Positions 20,801-35,800 of a DNA stretch of 64,000 nt are shown here, piece by piece. Numbering within the stretch: the first letter of the stretch is position 1; the number at the start of each line of letters is the position of its first letter. Position numbers and translations under genes: made by a program. The stretch spans positions 1,472,001 through 1,536,000 of the forward strand of contig OZ242376.1 of NCBI GenBank assembly GCA_965209085.1. Reading direction: 5' to 3'. Source of the stretch: Nitrosopumilaceae archaeon. Its GTDB lineage: Archaea > Thermoproteota > Nitrososphaeria > Nitrososphaerales > Nitrosopumilaceae. Below the pieces are notes generated by a model. It saw only the letters and a list, made by a program, of their open reading frames with translations. It searched no databases and was not told the origin of the DNA.

Positions 20801-23800
20801 GATTGTATCGATGAATATATTGTTGCTCTGCGATATGATACTCTCTGTTACAAACAGAGTTGTACCCTCAGCGTTTACAACCTGTATTGCAAAGGTTGCA
20901 TACGATTCTGTTTGTACAGGAGGTACAGTTATTGTGGCACTATAATTGGCACCATTTAGGGTTACACTAGGGGTTAATCCCAGTATTTGGCTTGTATGAG
21001 ATGAGATTATATTATTTACGGTAAATTGTACGGTGAGTGTATCGCCTGTTTTGGCATATGCTAGATTTGCATTGTTGCTAGTTATGTTAACCGTTGATGG
21101 TGTTGATTCCAGTTTTATGATTTGGAGACCTTCAGCATTTGAGGCTATAAATGCATATATTTTGCCATTTATGGTTGCAGTAATGACATCTCGTGGGTCA
21201 TCCAGATTTGTATAACCGCCAGTATTATCCATGAGAGAATATGCAGGTTTGGGGTTGTATGGGTCTGTAATGTCTATTATTTGGATGCCATCATCAAAAC
21301 GGGATGCCACCAAGGCATAAACTGATGATCCTACAGTTACGGTGGTGATGCTATTTGGACCATCTAGTGTATCATAGCCGTCTATTCCATCTGTTACACT
21401 TGATGCAGGTAATGGGTTGTATGGGTCTGTAATGTTTATGATTTGGATGCCATCATCATTATAGGATGCCACCAAGGCATAAACTGATGATCCTACAGTT
21501 ACAGTGGTGATGCTATTTGGACCATCTAGTGTATCATAGCCGTCTATTCCATCTGTTACACTTGATGCATTTGATGGGTTGTATGGGTTTGTAATGTTTA
21601 TAATTTGGACGCCATCATCCACAGCGCCTATCGCCAAGGCATAAACTGATGCACCGATTGTTACGGTGGTAATGTCAAGTGCGTATCCTAGTTCAAAATA
21701 ACCATCCGTATCATCGGTAAGGTATGATACAGGTGATGGGTTGTAGGGGTTTGTAACGTCTATGATTTGGACGCCGTTTGAAGGATTACCTGATGCAAAC
21801 AGTGCAAAAGTTGAGGCACCTATTGTTACGGTTGTAACGCCTAGTGCATTGTATAGTCGCGGATAGTCGGTGCCGTTTACAAGTTTTGCAGTAACAGATG
21901 GGGATGTAGGTGAGCTGATGTCGGTTATACGAGTAATAGCAGTACCACCTGCAGCTATGGCATATGGGGTATTATCTATTGTAAAGATGGATGTTTTGAA
22001 TGCAGGTACGAAAGTGATATTACTAAATACTATACTAGGTAATGCAGGATTTGTAACGTCTGCAATAATCCATGCTCCGGTAGTTCCTCTCGCTAACAAG
22101 GCATATGTTTTACCACTTGTTTCAAACAGATTGACGTTATCAGTAGTTATATCGGTTGAAAAATTAGTACCTTTTGTTAGTGTTCCACTCGGAGAGTGGA
22201 TAAGTTTAGTTTCAAGTGCCAACTGCGCTACATTCAAAACATTCACAGTACGGGATATGGTGTTACCTGGATTTCCTGCACCGTCTGCAGGAGCTGTATA
22301 GTTTAGCGTGTACGTACCTATTGTATTTGTATTTACTGTATCACTGCTGTATACTATAATGTTCTCATACGAGGCATCTGATGCAATAGCACCTAAATCT
22401 ATGAAATTGGCCCCGCGTGCCAGGGTTATATTTTCAGTACCGCGCAGAGATATCTCAGGTTTGATGGTATCAATGGTAACGTACGAGCCATCCTTTATAT
22501 CGATATTGGATATGCTAATTTGATTTCCGCTAGAGTTTGTCACGGTAATTGAAAATGTAGCGTTTTCATTTGTATCATTTAGCTGGACGGTAACAGTAAA
22601 GGTGGCATTGCCGCCGTTTGTAGTATTTGTAAATGATCTACCAAGCAGTGTTCCAGTAAAGTTGCCAAGATCCGAACCATCAGTGGCAAGTGTGAGGGTT
22701 ATGATTTTGCCTGCATTTGCATAATTGTTTCCAGAATTGCTTGCAATACTCAGCGAGGTAACATTTATTGGGTCAACATCCACTATCCGGACGATTCGGG
22801 TTGTGCTAGCTCCGGGATTTCCTGCATTATCATCATGTGCTGTATACGTGTATTCGTAGATTGCACCAAGTATTGCAGTACTAAATGTGCCGTTTATGGC
22901 GGTGTCGTAAGTTCCCGAATAGTTTGGATCACCGTCTTTTACAGTGGCACCGGGATCTGTATATGGGCTGTCTAAAACTATGCCACTGTCTGCAGATCCT
23001 ATCAGGGTTATGTTTGGAGATATGGTATCGACAAATACGTTGGGACCGGTTAGATTATCTTCTGTAACAGTCAGGGTTGTTCCGTTGATGTTTGTAACAG
23101 TAAAGGTAAATGTAGCGTTTGATTCGGTTGCATTATTTGGAGTATCTAAATCTGCAAAGAGTTGACGGTCATTGCCACTAGAAATAAATTGAGTATCGGG
23201 GTCAGTGTTTAGAATTTGACCCGTATAGGTTATAATTGTATAATTTACCGTCAACTCTAGATCCAGTCTATCGCCTGCTTTGGCGTATGATTTGTTGGTA
23301 TTGAAAGATGTTATGGTAAACTCTGTGATACCAATTGGCAGTGTATCCTGTACGATAACATTCCGTGTTATGGTAGATCCTGTATTGCCTGCAGGATCAT
23401 CTGGTGCAGTATAAGTGAGGGTATAATTACCAACTATTGCAGTATTTACATTGCCGGCTCCGGATACTTGTACGCTACTTGTTGCATATGATGCATCAGT
23501 TGCTGTGGCACCTGGATCCGTATAGGGGGAATTTGTTGCAACGCGAGTGTTGTTTTCACCGTTTAATGTTATGCTAGGTGCAGTTGTATCTATGGCAATA
23601 TTTGATCCAGTCAGGTCTCTATTTGTAAATGTTGTAAATGTGGAATTATCCTCGTTGTATGCGGTAATCGAAAATGTGACGCTGGCAGTATCGACAAAGG
23701 TTCCAGCAACTGTTACCGTGGCGGATGCATTATTGCCAGTGACAGTATATGCAACAGGATTGTTGGCAATTGTTCCTACAATATAATCAATCGTGCCGTT

Positions 23801-26800
23801 TGTAGCAAGCGTTACTGTAATCACATCCCCGTCTTTGGCAAAAGAGGTGTTTACATTGTTGGATTCAATTGTCAGCGAATTCAGACCCAGCGGTTTTGCA
23901 AATACTGTAACTGTTCTAGTTTGTTGATCCGGCTCGTTACCTGCCGCATCCGCAGTGCCAGTATAGGTAATGTTTTGTGGGCCAAGTATCGCGGTGTTTA
24001 ATGATGTGTTAGATACGGAACCTGCATATGATGCATTGTTACTATCTGATATTGTGGTGCCCGGATCCTGATATGTCTCACCCTGGAATACAGAACCTGC
24101 ACCGCCAGTCAAAACAATTACGGGTTTTATCGTATCTATTGTGACAGATGAGCTATCTGTGATATCACTATTTGTTAATGTGATTTTGTTGCCACTAGAG
24201 TTTGTAGCAGTAATTGAAAACGTGGCATCTCCATCATCGCCGGACTGGACTGTACCGGTAAACGTAGCAGAGCCTCCGGTTGTAGTATTTGTAAATGATC
24301 TGCCAAGCAAGACTCCAGTAAGGCTGTTAAGATTTGTACCATCCGTTACAAGAGTGACGGTTACGGTTTTGCTCTCATTTGCATAATTATTTCCAGAATT
24401 GCTTGCAATACTCAGCGAGTTAACATTTATTGGCGGTACATCCTGTACTGTAACAGTCCGTGTTATGACCGGTCCAATATTACCTGCAGGATCATCAGGT
24501 GCAGTATAAGTGAGAGTATAGATGGCATTTGTTGTAGTATCTACATTGCCGGCTCCGGATACTTGTACGCTACCTGTTGCATATGATGCATCAGATGCTG
24601 TGGCGTTTGGATCCTCATATGGTTGATTCCTGATAACAATGGTGTTGTTTGCACCGTTTAATGTTATACTAGGTGCAGTTGTATCTATGGCAATATTTGA
24701 TCCAGTCAGATTTGTATCTGTAAATATTTTATATGCAAGATTATCCGCGTTGGATGCGTTAATTGAAAATGTGACGCTGGCAGTATCAGTAAAGGTTCCA
24801 TTAACTGTTACCGTAGCTGATGCACTATCACCGGTGGCAGTATATGTGACAGAATTGCCTGCAATTACCCCTGTAACATTACCAATCGTGCCGTTTGCAG
24901 CAAGTGTTACTGTAATCACATCCCCATCTTTGGCAAAAGAGGTGTTTACATTGTTGTTTGATTCAATTGTCAGCGAATTCAGACCCAGCGGTTTTGCCAA
25001 TACTGCAACTGTTCTAGTTATTTGATCCGGCTCGTTACCTGCCGCATCCGCAGTGCCAGTATAGGTGATGGTTTTTGCACCAAGTGTAGAGGTGTCAATT
25101 GATGAGGCAGATACAGAACCAGCATATGATGCATTGCCATCATCTGATACAGTTGTGCCCGGATCCTGATATGTCTCACCTTGGAGTACAGAATCATTGC
25201 CTCCAGTCAGGGCAATTACGGGTTTTATCGTATCTATTATGATAGATGAGCTATCTGTGATATCACTATTTGTTAATGTGATTTTGTTGCCACTAGAGTT
25301 TGTAGCAGTAATTGAAAACGTGGCATCTCCATCATCGCCGGACTGGACTGTACCGGTAAACGTAGCAGAGCCTCCGGTTGTAGTATTTGTAAATGATCTG
25401 CCAAGCAAGATTCCAGTAAGGCTGTTAAGATTTGTACCATCCGTTACAAGAGTGACGGTTACGGTTTTGCCCGTATTTGCATAATTATTTCCAGAATCAC
25501 TTACAATACTCAGCGAGTTGACATTTATTGGCGGTGCATCCTGTACTGTAACAGTCCGTGTTATGACAGGTCCAATATTACCTGCAGGATCATCCGGTGC
25601 AGTATAAGTGAGAGTATAGTTGTCAGCTATTGTAATATCTACATTGCCAGCTCCGGATACCTGTACGCTACCTGTTGCATATGATGCATCAGATGCTGTG
25701 GCGTTTTTATCCACATATGTGGAATTTGTGAAAACTAGAGTATTGTTTGCACCGTTTAATGTTATGCTAGGTGCAGTTGTATCTATGGCAATATTTGATC
25801 CATTCAGATTTGCATCTGTAAATATTTTATATGCAAGATTATCCGCGTTGGATGCGTTAATTGAAAATGTGACGCTGGCAGTATCAGTAAAGGTTCCATT
25901 AACTGTTACCGTAGCTAATGCACTATCACCGGTGGCAGTATATGTGACAGAATTGCCTGCAATTACTCCTGTAACATTACCAATCGTGCCGTTTGCAACA
26001 AGCGTTACTGTAATCACATCCCCGTCTTTGGCAAAAGAGGTGTTTACATTGTTGTTTGATTCAATTGTCAGCGAATTTAGACCAAGAGGTTTTGCCAATA
26101 CTGTAACTGTTCTAGTTTGTTGATCCGGCTCGTTACCTGCCGCATCCGCAGTGCTAGTATAGGTAATGGTTTTTGCACCAAGTGTAGAGGTGTTAATTGA
26201 TGAGGCAGATACGGAACCGGCATATGATGCATTGCCATCATCGGATACAGTTGTGCCCGGATCCTGATATGTCTCACCCTGGAGTACAGAATCATTGCCT
26301 CCAGTCAGGGCAATTACGGGTTTTATCGTATCTATTATGATATATGAGCTATCTGTGATATCACTATTTGTTAATGTGATTTTGTTGCCACTAGAGTTTG
26401 TAGCAGTAATTGAAAACGTGGCATCTCCGTCATCGCCGGACTGGACTGTACCGGTAAACGTAGCAGAGCCTCCGGTTGTAATATTTGTAAATGATCTGCC
26501 AAGCAAGACTCCAGTAAGGCTGTTAAGATTTGTACCATCCGTTACAAGAGTGACGGTTACGGTTTTGCTCTCATTTGCATAATTATTTCCAGAATTGCTT
26601 GCAATACTCAGCGAGTTAACATTTATTGGCGGTACATCCTGTACTGTAACAGTCCGTGTTATGACCGGTCCAATATTACCTGCAGGATCATCAGGTGCAG
26701 TATAAGTGAGAGTATAGATGGCATTTGTTGTAGTATCTACATTGCCGGCTCCGGATACTTGTACGCTACCTGTTGCATATGATGCATCAGATGCTGTGGC

Positions 26801-29800
26801 GTTTGGATCCTCATATGGTTGATTCCTGATAACAATGGTGTTGTTTGCACCGTTTAATGTTATACTAGGTGCAGTTGTATCTATGGCAATATTTGATCCA
26901 GTCAGATTTGTATCTGTAAATATTTTATATGCAAGATTATCCGCGTTGGATGCGTTAATTGAAAATGTGACGCTGGCAGTATCAGTAAAGGTTCCATTAA
27001 CTGTTACCGTAGCTGATGCACTATCACCGGTGGCAGTATATGTGACAGAATTGCCTGCAATTACCCCTGTAACATTACCAATCGTGCCGTTTGCAGCAAG
27101 CGTTACTGTAATCACATCTCCGTCTTTGGCAAAAGAGGTGTTTACATTGTTGTTTGATTCAATTGTCAGCGAATTCAGACCCAGGGGTTTTGCAAATACT
27201 GTAACTGTTCTAGTTATTTGATCCGGCTCGTTACCTGCCGCATCCGCAGTGCCAGTATAGGTGATGGTTTTTGCACCAAGTGTAGAGGTGTTAATTGATG
27301 AGGCAGATACGGAACCGGCATATGATGCATTGCCATCATCGGATACAGTTGTGCCCGGATCCTGATATGTCTCACCCTGGAGTACAGAATCATTGCCTCC
27401 AGTCAGGGCAATTACGGGTTTTATCGTATCTATTATGATATATGAGCTATCTGTGATATCACTATTTGTTAATGTGATTTTGTTGCCACTAGAGTTTGTA
27501 GCAGTAATTGAAAACGTGGCATCTCCGTCATCGCCGGACTGGACTGTACCGGTAAACGTAGCAGAGCCTCCGGTTGTAGTATTTGTAAATGATCTGCCAA
27601 GCAAGATTCCAGTAAGGCTGTTAAGATTTGTACCATCCGTTACAAGAGTGACGGTTACGGTTTTGCCCGTATTTGCATAATTATTTCCAGAATCACTTAC
27701 AATACTCAGCGAGTTGACATTTATTGGCGGTGCATCCTGTACTGTAACAGTCCGTGTTATGACAGGTCCAATATTACCTGCAGGATCAACAGGTGCAGTA
27801 TAAGTGAGGGTATAATTGCCAACTATTGCAGTATTTACATTGCCGACTCCGGATACCTGTACGCTACCTGTTGCATATGATGCATCAGATGCTGTGGCGT
27901 TTTTATCCACATATGTGGAATTTGTGAAAACTAGAGTATTGTTTGCACCGTTTAATGTTATGCTAGGTGCAGTTGTATCTATGGCAATATTTGATCCATT
28001 CAGATTTGCATCTGTAAATATTTTATATGCAAGATTATCCGCGTTGGATGCGTTAATTGAAAATGTGACGCTGGCAGTATCGGCAAAGGTTCCATCAACT
28101 GTTACCGTAGCTGATGCATTATTGCCGGTGACAGTGTATGTAGCAGAATTGCCTGCAATTACTCCTGTAACATTACCAATCGTGCCGTTTGCAACAAGCG
28201 TTACTGTAATCACATCCCCGCCTTTGGCAAAAGAGGTGTTTACATTGTTGTTTGATTCAATTGTCAGCGAATTCAGACCCAGCGGTTTTGCCAATACTGT
28301 GATAGTTCTGTTTATTGAATCCGGTACGTTACCTGCCGCATCTGCAGTGCCAGTATAGGTGATGGTTTTTGCGCCAAGTGTAGAGGTGTCAATTGATGAG
28401 GCAGATACTGGACCAGCATATGATGCATTGTTACTATCTGATACTGTGGTGCCCGGATCCTGATATGTCTCACCCTGGAGTACAGAATCATTGCCTCCAG
28501 TCAGGGCAATTACGGGTTTTATCGTATCTATTGTGACAAACGAGCCGTCTGTGGTGTCAGTAGTTGTTATTGAAATTTGGTTGCCACTAGAGTTTGTCAC
28601 GGTAATTGAAAACGCGGCATTTCCATCATCGCCAGGTACGACAGTGGCAGTAAATTCAGCAGAGCCGCCGTTTGTATCATTTACCAACGCTCTTCCAAGC
28701 AGTGTTCCAGTAAAGTTGCCAAGATCCGAACCATCAGTGGCAAGTGTGACGGTTATGTTTTTGCCTGCATTTGCATAATTGGTGCCGGATGAGCTTGCAA
28801 TAGTCAGCGAGTTGATTGTAATTGGTTCAGCCTCAACCACTGTAACTGTTCGTGTTACACTAGAACCGGCATTCCCTGCCCCATCTGTAGCAGCAGTATA
28901 CGTGTACGTTACTGTAGAGTTTATCACGCTAGTGTCCAAAGTGCCGTTGATTGTGATAGTAAAGGTATCCGGATAGTTTGGGTCCTCATCAGTTATGATT
29001 GCACCAGGGATGAACGGATCAGTTGAATTCAAAATTACCGTAAAAGATGAGGTGCCGATGAGTGATATTCTAGGTCCAATTGTGTCGATGAATACGTTGG
29101 AGGCTAATGGTACGTCGTTTTCTGTCACGGATAGGGTTGCGCCATCAGCGTTTGAAACCTGTATTGCAAAGGTTGCATACGATTCTGTTTGTACAGATGG
29201 TACGGTTAATGTGGCACTATAATTGGCACCATCTAGGGTTACATTGGGGGTTAATCCCAGTATTTGGCTTGTATGAGATGAGATTGTGTCATTTACGGTA
29301 AATTTTACGGTGAGTGTATCGCCTGTTTTTGCATATGCTGGATTTGTATTGTTGCTAGTTATGTTAATCGGTGGTGGTGATTCCAGTTTTATGATTTGGA
29401 GACCATCAACATTTGAGGCTATAAATGCATATGTTGTGCCATTTATGGTTGCAGTAATAACAGCTCTTGGGTCATCTAGATTTGTATAACCGCCAGTATT
29501 ATCCACGATGGAAGATGCAGGTTTGGGGTTGTATGGGTCTGTAATGTCTATTATTTGGATGCCATCATCAAAACTGGATGGTGCCAAGGCATAAACTGAT
29601 GATCCTATAGTTACGGTGGTGATGCCATATGGAGCATCTAGTGTATCATAGTCGCCTATTCCGTCTGTTACGCTTGATGCATGTAATGGGTTGTATGGGT
29701 CTGTAATGTTTATGATTTCGATGTCATCATCATAAAGGGATGCCACCAAGGCATAAACGGATGATCCTACAGTTACGGTGGTGATGCTAATTGGACCACG

Positions 29801-32800
29801 TAGTGTATCATAGTCGGATGCATTTGATGGGTTGTATGGGTCTGTAATGTTTATGATTTGGACACCAGCATCCGAAAAGCCTACCGCCAAGGCATAAACT
29901 GATGCACCGATTGTTACGGTGGTGATGTCATGTGCGCCTGCTAGTTCAAAATAACCATCCACATTATCGGTGAGGTGTGATACAGGTAAGGGGTTGTGAG
30001 GGTTTGTAACGTTTATGATTTGGACGCCATGTGCAGGATGGCTCGATGCAAACAGTGCAAAAGTTGAGGCACCTATTGTTACGGTTGTAACGCTTTGTGC
30101 ATTGTATAGTCGCGGATAGTCTGTGCCGTTTACAAGTGTTGCAATAACAGATGGGGATGCAGGTGAGCTGATGTCGATTATACTAGTAGCACTGGTACCA
30201 CCTGCAGCTATGGCATATGGGATATTATCTATTGTAAAGATGGATGTTTTGTATGCAGATGTGAAAGAGGCATTAGTATATACTATACTAGGTAATGCAG
30301 GATTTGTAATGTCTGCAATAATCCATGCTCCGGTAGATCCTCGCGTTAACAAAGCATATGTTTTATCACTTGTTTCAAACAGATTGATGCTTCTAGTAAT
30401 TATATTGGCTGAAAAATCAGTACCTGTTGTTAGTGTTCCACTCGGAGAGTGGATAAATTTAGATACAATTTCAAGCGGTGATGCATCCTGTACGCGTACA
30501 GTACGGGATATAGTGTTACCTGGATTTCCTGCAGGATCAACAGGTGCAGTATAAGTGAGGGTATAGTTGCCAGCTGTTGCAATATTTACAGTGCCGGCTC
30601 CGGGTACTTGTACGCTACCTGTTGCATATGATGCATCAGTTGCTGTGGCATTTGGATCCGTATAGGAGGAATTTGTTACAATGCGAGTGTTGTTTGCACC
30701 GTTTAATGTTATACTAGGTGCAGTTGTATCTATGGCAATATTTGATCCGCTCAGATTTGTATCTGTAAATATTTTATATGCAAGATTATCCGCGTTGGAT
30801 GCGTTAATTGAAAATGTGACGCTGTCAGTATCAGTAAAGGCTCCATCAACTGTTACCGTAGCTGATGCATTATTGCCGATGGCAATATATGTGACAGAAT
30901 TGCCTGCAATTACTCCTGTAACATTACCAATCGTGCCGTTTGCAGCAAGCGTTACTGTAATCACATCTCCGTCTTTGGCAAAAGAGGTGTTTACATTGTT
31001 GTTTGATTCAATTGTCAGCGAATTCAGACCCAGAGGTTTTGCAAATACTGTAACTGTTCTAGTTTGTTGATCCGGCTCGTTACCTGCAACATCCGCAGTG
31101 CCAGTATATGTAATGTTTTGTGGGCCAAGTATCGTGGTGTTTAATGACGTGGCAGATACTAAACCCGCATATGAGGCATTGCCACTATCGGATATTGCAG
31201 TACCCGGTTCCAGATATGCATCTCCCTGGAGTACAGAATCTGCGCCATCAGTCAAAACAATTACGGGTTTTATCGTATCTATTGTGACAAACGAGCTGTC
31301 TGTGATGTTAGCATTTGTTACTGATATTTGGTTGCCACTAGAGTTTGTCACGGTAATTGAAAACGCAGCATTTCCATCATCGCCGGATACGACAGTGGCA
31401 GTAAATTCAACAGAGCCGCCGGTTGTATCATTTACCAACGCTCTTCCAAGCAATGTTCCAGTGATATTGCCCAAATCGGAACCATCCGTGGCAAGTGTGA
31501 GTGTTATGATTTTGCCTGCATTTGCAAAATTGTTTCCAGAATTGCTTGCAATACTCAACGAGGTAATGGATATTGGGTCAGCATCCACTATTCGGACGAT
31601 TCGGGTTGTGCTAGATCCTGGATTTCCTGCAGAATCATCATTTGCCGTATACGTGTATTCGTAGATTGCACCAAGTATTGCAGTACCAAATGTGCCGTTT
31701 ATGGTGGTGGTATAAGTGCCCGAATAGTTTGGATCACCATCTCTTGCATTGGCACCTGGATCTGTATATGTGCTGTTTAAAACTATGCCACTGTCTGCAG
31801 ATCCTATCAGGGTTATGCTTGGAGGTATGGTGTCGACAAATACGTTGGAACTGGTTAGATCATCTTCTGTAACAGTCAGGGTTGTTCCGTTGATGTTTGT
31901 AACAGTAATGGTAAATGTAGCGTTTGATTCGGTTGCATTATTTGGAGTATTTAAACTTGTAATGAGTGAATTTCCGTTATCAACAAAGAAAGAATCTGGA
32001 TCAGTGTTTAGAATTTGAGTCGTATGGGTTGTAATGGTATAATTTACCGTCAACAGTAGAATCAGATCATCGCCTGCTTTGGCGTATGATTTGTTGGAAT
32101 TGGCAGATGTTATGGTAAACGCTGTGATACCAATTGGCGGTGCATCCTGTACGATAACATTCCGTGTTATGGTAGATCCTGTATTACCTGCAGGATCAAC
32201 AGGTGCAGTATAAGTGAGGGTATAGTTGTCAGCTGTTGCAATATCTACAGTGCCAGCTCCGGATACCTGTACGCTACCTGTTGCATATGATGCATCAGAT
32301 GCTGTGGCGTTTTTATCCACATATGTGGAATTTGTGAAAACTAGAGTATTGTTTGCACCGTTTAATGTTATACTAGGTGCAGTTGTATCTATGGCAATAT
32401 TTGATCCAGTCAGATTTGTATCTGTAAATATTTTATATGCAAGATTATCCGCGTTGGATGCGTTAATTGAAAATGTGACGCTGGCAGTATCAATAAAGGT
32501 TCCATCAACTGTTACCGTAGCTGATGCACTATCACCGGTGGTAGTATATGTGACAGAATTGCCTGCAATTACTCCTGTAACATTACCAATCGTGCCGTTT
32601 GCAACAAGCGTTACTGTAATCACATCCCCGTCTTTGGCAAAAGAGGTGTTTACATTGTTGTTTGATTCAATTGTCAGCGAATTCAGACCCAGAGGTTTTG
32701 CCAATACTGTAACGGTTCTAGTTTGTTGATCCGGCTCGTTACCTGCAACATCCGCAGTGCCAGTATATGTAATGTTTTGTGGGCCAAGTATCGTGGTGTT

Positions 32801-35800
32801 TAATGACGTGGCAGATACTAAACCCGCATATGAGGCATTGCCACTATCGGATATTGCAGTACCCGGTTCCAGATATGCATCTCCCTGGAGTACAGAATCT
32901 GCACCGCCAGTCAAAACAATTACGGGTTTTATCGTATCTATTGTGACAAACGAGCCGTCTGTGATGTCAGCATTTGTTAATGAAATTATGTTTCCAGTGG
33001 AATTTGTGGCACTAAATGAAAATGCAGCGTTTTCATTTGTGTCATTAGACTGGACAGTTGCAGTAAATTCAACAGAGCCGCCAGTTATAATACTAGACAA
33101 CGATCTTCCAAGCAATGTTCCAGTGATATTGCCCAAATCGGAACCATCCGTGGCAAGTGTGAGGGTTATAATTTTGCCTGCATTTGCAAAATTGGTGCCT
33201 GATGAGCTTGCAATACTTAGCGAGTTGATTGTAATTGGTTCAACGTCAACCACTGTAACTGTACGGGATATGCTATCTCCGAGATTTCCTGCATTATCAT
33301 CATCTGCCTTGTACGTGTAAACAAAAACAGCGCCAAGTATGCTGGTATCAAGTGTGGTGTTTACTTGGGAGGTGTAAGTGCCCGAATAGTTTGGATCACC
33401 GTCTTTTGCAGTGGCACCCGGATCTGTATATGCGCTGTTTAAAACTATGGTTCCGTTTGCAGATCCTATCAGGGTTATGTTTGGTGATATGGTGTCGACA
33501 AATACGTTGGAGTCGGGCAGATCGTTTTGTGTAAACGTACGTACATGTCCGCTCACACTTTCAACATTAATGGCAAATGTGGCAGGACCGTTTGGTGCGT
33601 TCGTTGCAACCGTGGTATTGGCATCAACATTTCTGTCTGATGATACTGGTTGAACATTTACGCCAAGGATTGTGACAGTAACACTAGTCAAAGATTCATC
33701 ACTAGTCAGATTTATTCTCAAAGTATCGCCTGATTTTGCATAAGAGGGATTTGTATTGGTGCTTGTGATGGTTAGATTTTCAGCAAGTACTGTTTCATAT
33801 ACTATTGTGGCATTTGTGGCATTTGGCGTGCCGTTTGCAAAATCAGCAATTGATCCAACAAGATTGACAAAATATGCATTGCCAATTGTAAGCGTATCAG
33901 TTGTGAGGTATATTGTGTCACCACGAGTTAAAACGTCAGATACGGTAATAGAGTCGTTTATTGTAAAATCTTGGACCGATACTGTGGTATAGTTTATCAC
34001 TTTATCAAACGTCATTATTATTGTATTAGCATCAAAAACACGTGCCGAATCTAGTATTGGTTTTTCATTATCATATTCATATACTATAGTTCCTAGTGGC
34101 ACACTGTTACCGTCAAGATCGAATATATCACCAGTTATGTTTATGTATAAAGAATCTGTAGTGCGAACATATCCAACTAGGGTAGTTTTATCATCAGCAG
34201 AAAAAAAAAGTTTAAAAATGGAAGGATTGAAGAGATTGCCAGATAGATCGTACAGGGTTATACTATCTAAACTTGGTGTAGCATTTAGTGGCTCATCAAA
34301 TACAATAGTTTTAGCTATACTGTCGTAAATACTGGTTCCTCTTATACCATTGTGCACAAAAATCGGTGTTGGGGCAAGACGATCTTTTGTATCGCTAAAG
34401 CTATAATGCACTATGTAACTAGAGCTAGCATACACTAGGTTACTAAATCCAAGAGTATCTGTCAGAGGCGTACTAATGATGACTGATGACGGTGTATAAT
34501 TAGAAGAAAACTGTTCGGTTATAACTTGCAAGGTTGTATCATTTATTTTTACAACATTCTTTATGTCCAAATCATCAACAGTGATCAAAGATTTTTCAAA
34601 TGTTGTTTGGGTAAATGGTTCATGATATACAATATCAATTGCGTTAATATCCGTAGTATATGCGGATATAATTACAGGTCCAAAGCCATCACGGGCAACT
34701 GCCGTATTAGATTGTGATACAGTATTGCCCAATTTATCCGCAATTGATGCGGGATATGTTACATTCGGTAATGTGAAAAGTGAGTCTTCTAGTTGCAAAA
34801 TTATACTGTCATTTACGATACGTATAGATGAAATTGCATTGGCAGGATCAATCGTAAAGTCGTTTGGACTCAAATACAATGTATCATCCAACATTTCACT
34901 AAATTGTATGTTTATGTGATTAACATCAGTAGCCACAGTATCGATGTATTCTGGAGGTACTCTATCTGCGGCTGTAACAGTGGTACCATTATTCACCAAT
35001 ATACTGCCTATTGCAAGATTTGTAGAGTGTGATGAATCATATACGACAATATGCGATCCAAATGTTTCAGGTATGCCAGATATGCTGATGGTTATTACAT
35101 TCCCGCTACTAGTCCACGAATTTACTGTAGCACCTGTTACTCTAAACGCGTTACTGTCAGTATTATCGGTACTCAAGGATGCGTTAAAATTTAATGTAAT
35201 GGTGTTTTTAGATGTACGAAATGCCGTAATTCCCACATTTTCTGCTGTTGTGAAACTGCTATGACGTATTTCGGCGGCATTGCCAGTTTGATCCAATACA
35301 TCATCAACTATGGTTATCTTGTTTATTACATCGGCTGCAAAAATACCGCTGCTCTGTAATGTAACCACGGCGCCTGCAACAGAGACGGTACCGGCATGTA
35401 CAGCATCGTTTATGACAAAGTCCTCTGCGCTAACCGATGATGCATCAATATCACGGTGAAATGTCATAGTAAATGTTCCAGGAGGTTGTAAGGTGACATT
35501 TAGAATGTACGGTTTTATCGATATGTCCAAGTCGGTGGTCAAATCAATACCGTTGACAGTTATGTAATTTGTCGCATCAGGTCTATAGTGAATGGTATCG
35601 ATATTTTTATAATTTGGATCAACTGTAATATTGACTGTAGGGCCAAGTCGGTTTAATACAACTACTGTACCAGAATTCAGTCCTGTACTTGTCAAACCAA
35701 TGTCATCATAGCCATCATTGTGTACGTCGCCAAAATTTACTACTGCGGTTCCTAAATCAAAATATGCGTTTGTCAGATTACCAGTACTTGGATCAATATG

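Noticed and set aside
21108-30465. Diversity-generating retroelement as the source of propeller variation
   Set aside because: No reverse transcriptase or non-coding template repeat in the window; both copies are in-frame coding and include an indel.
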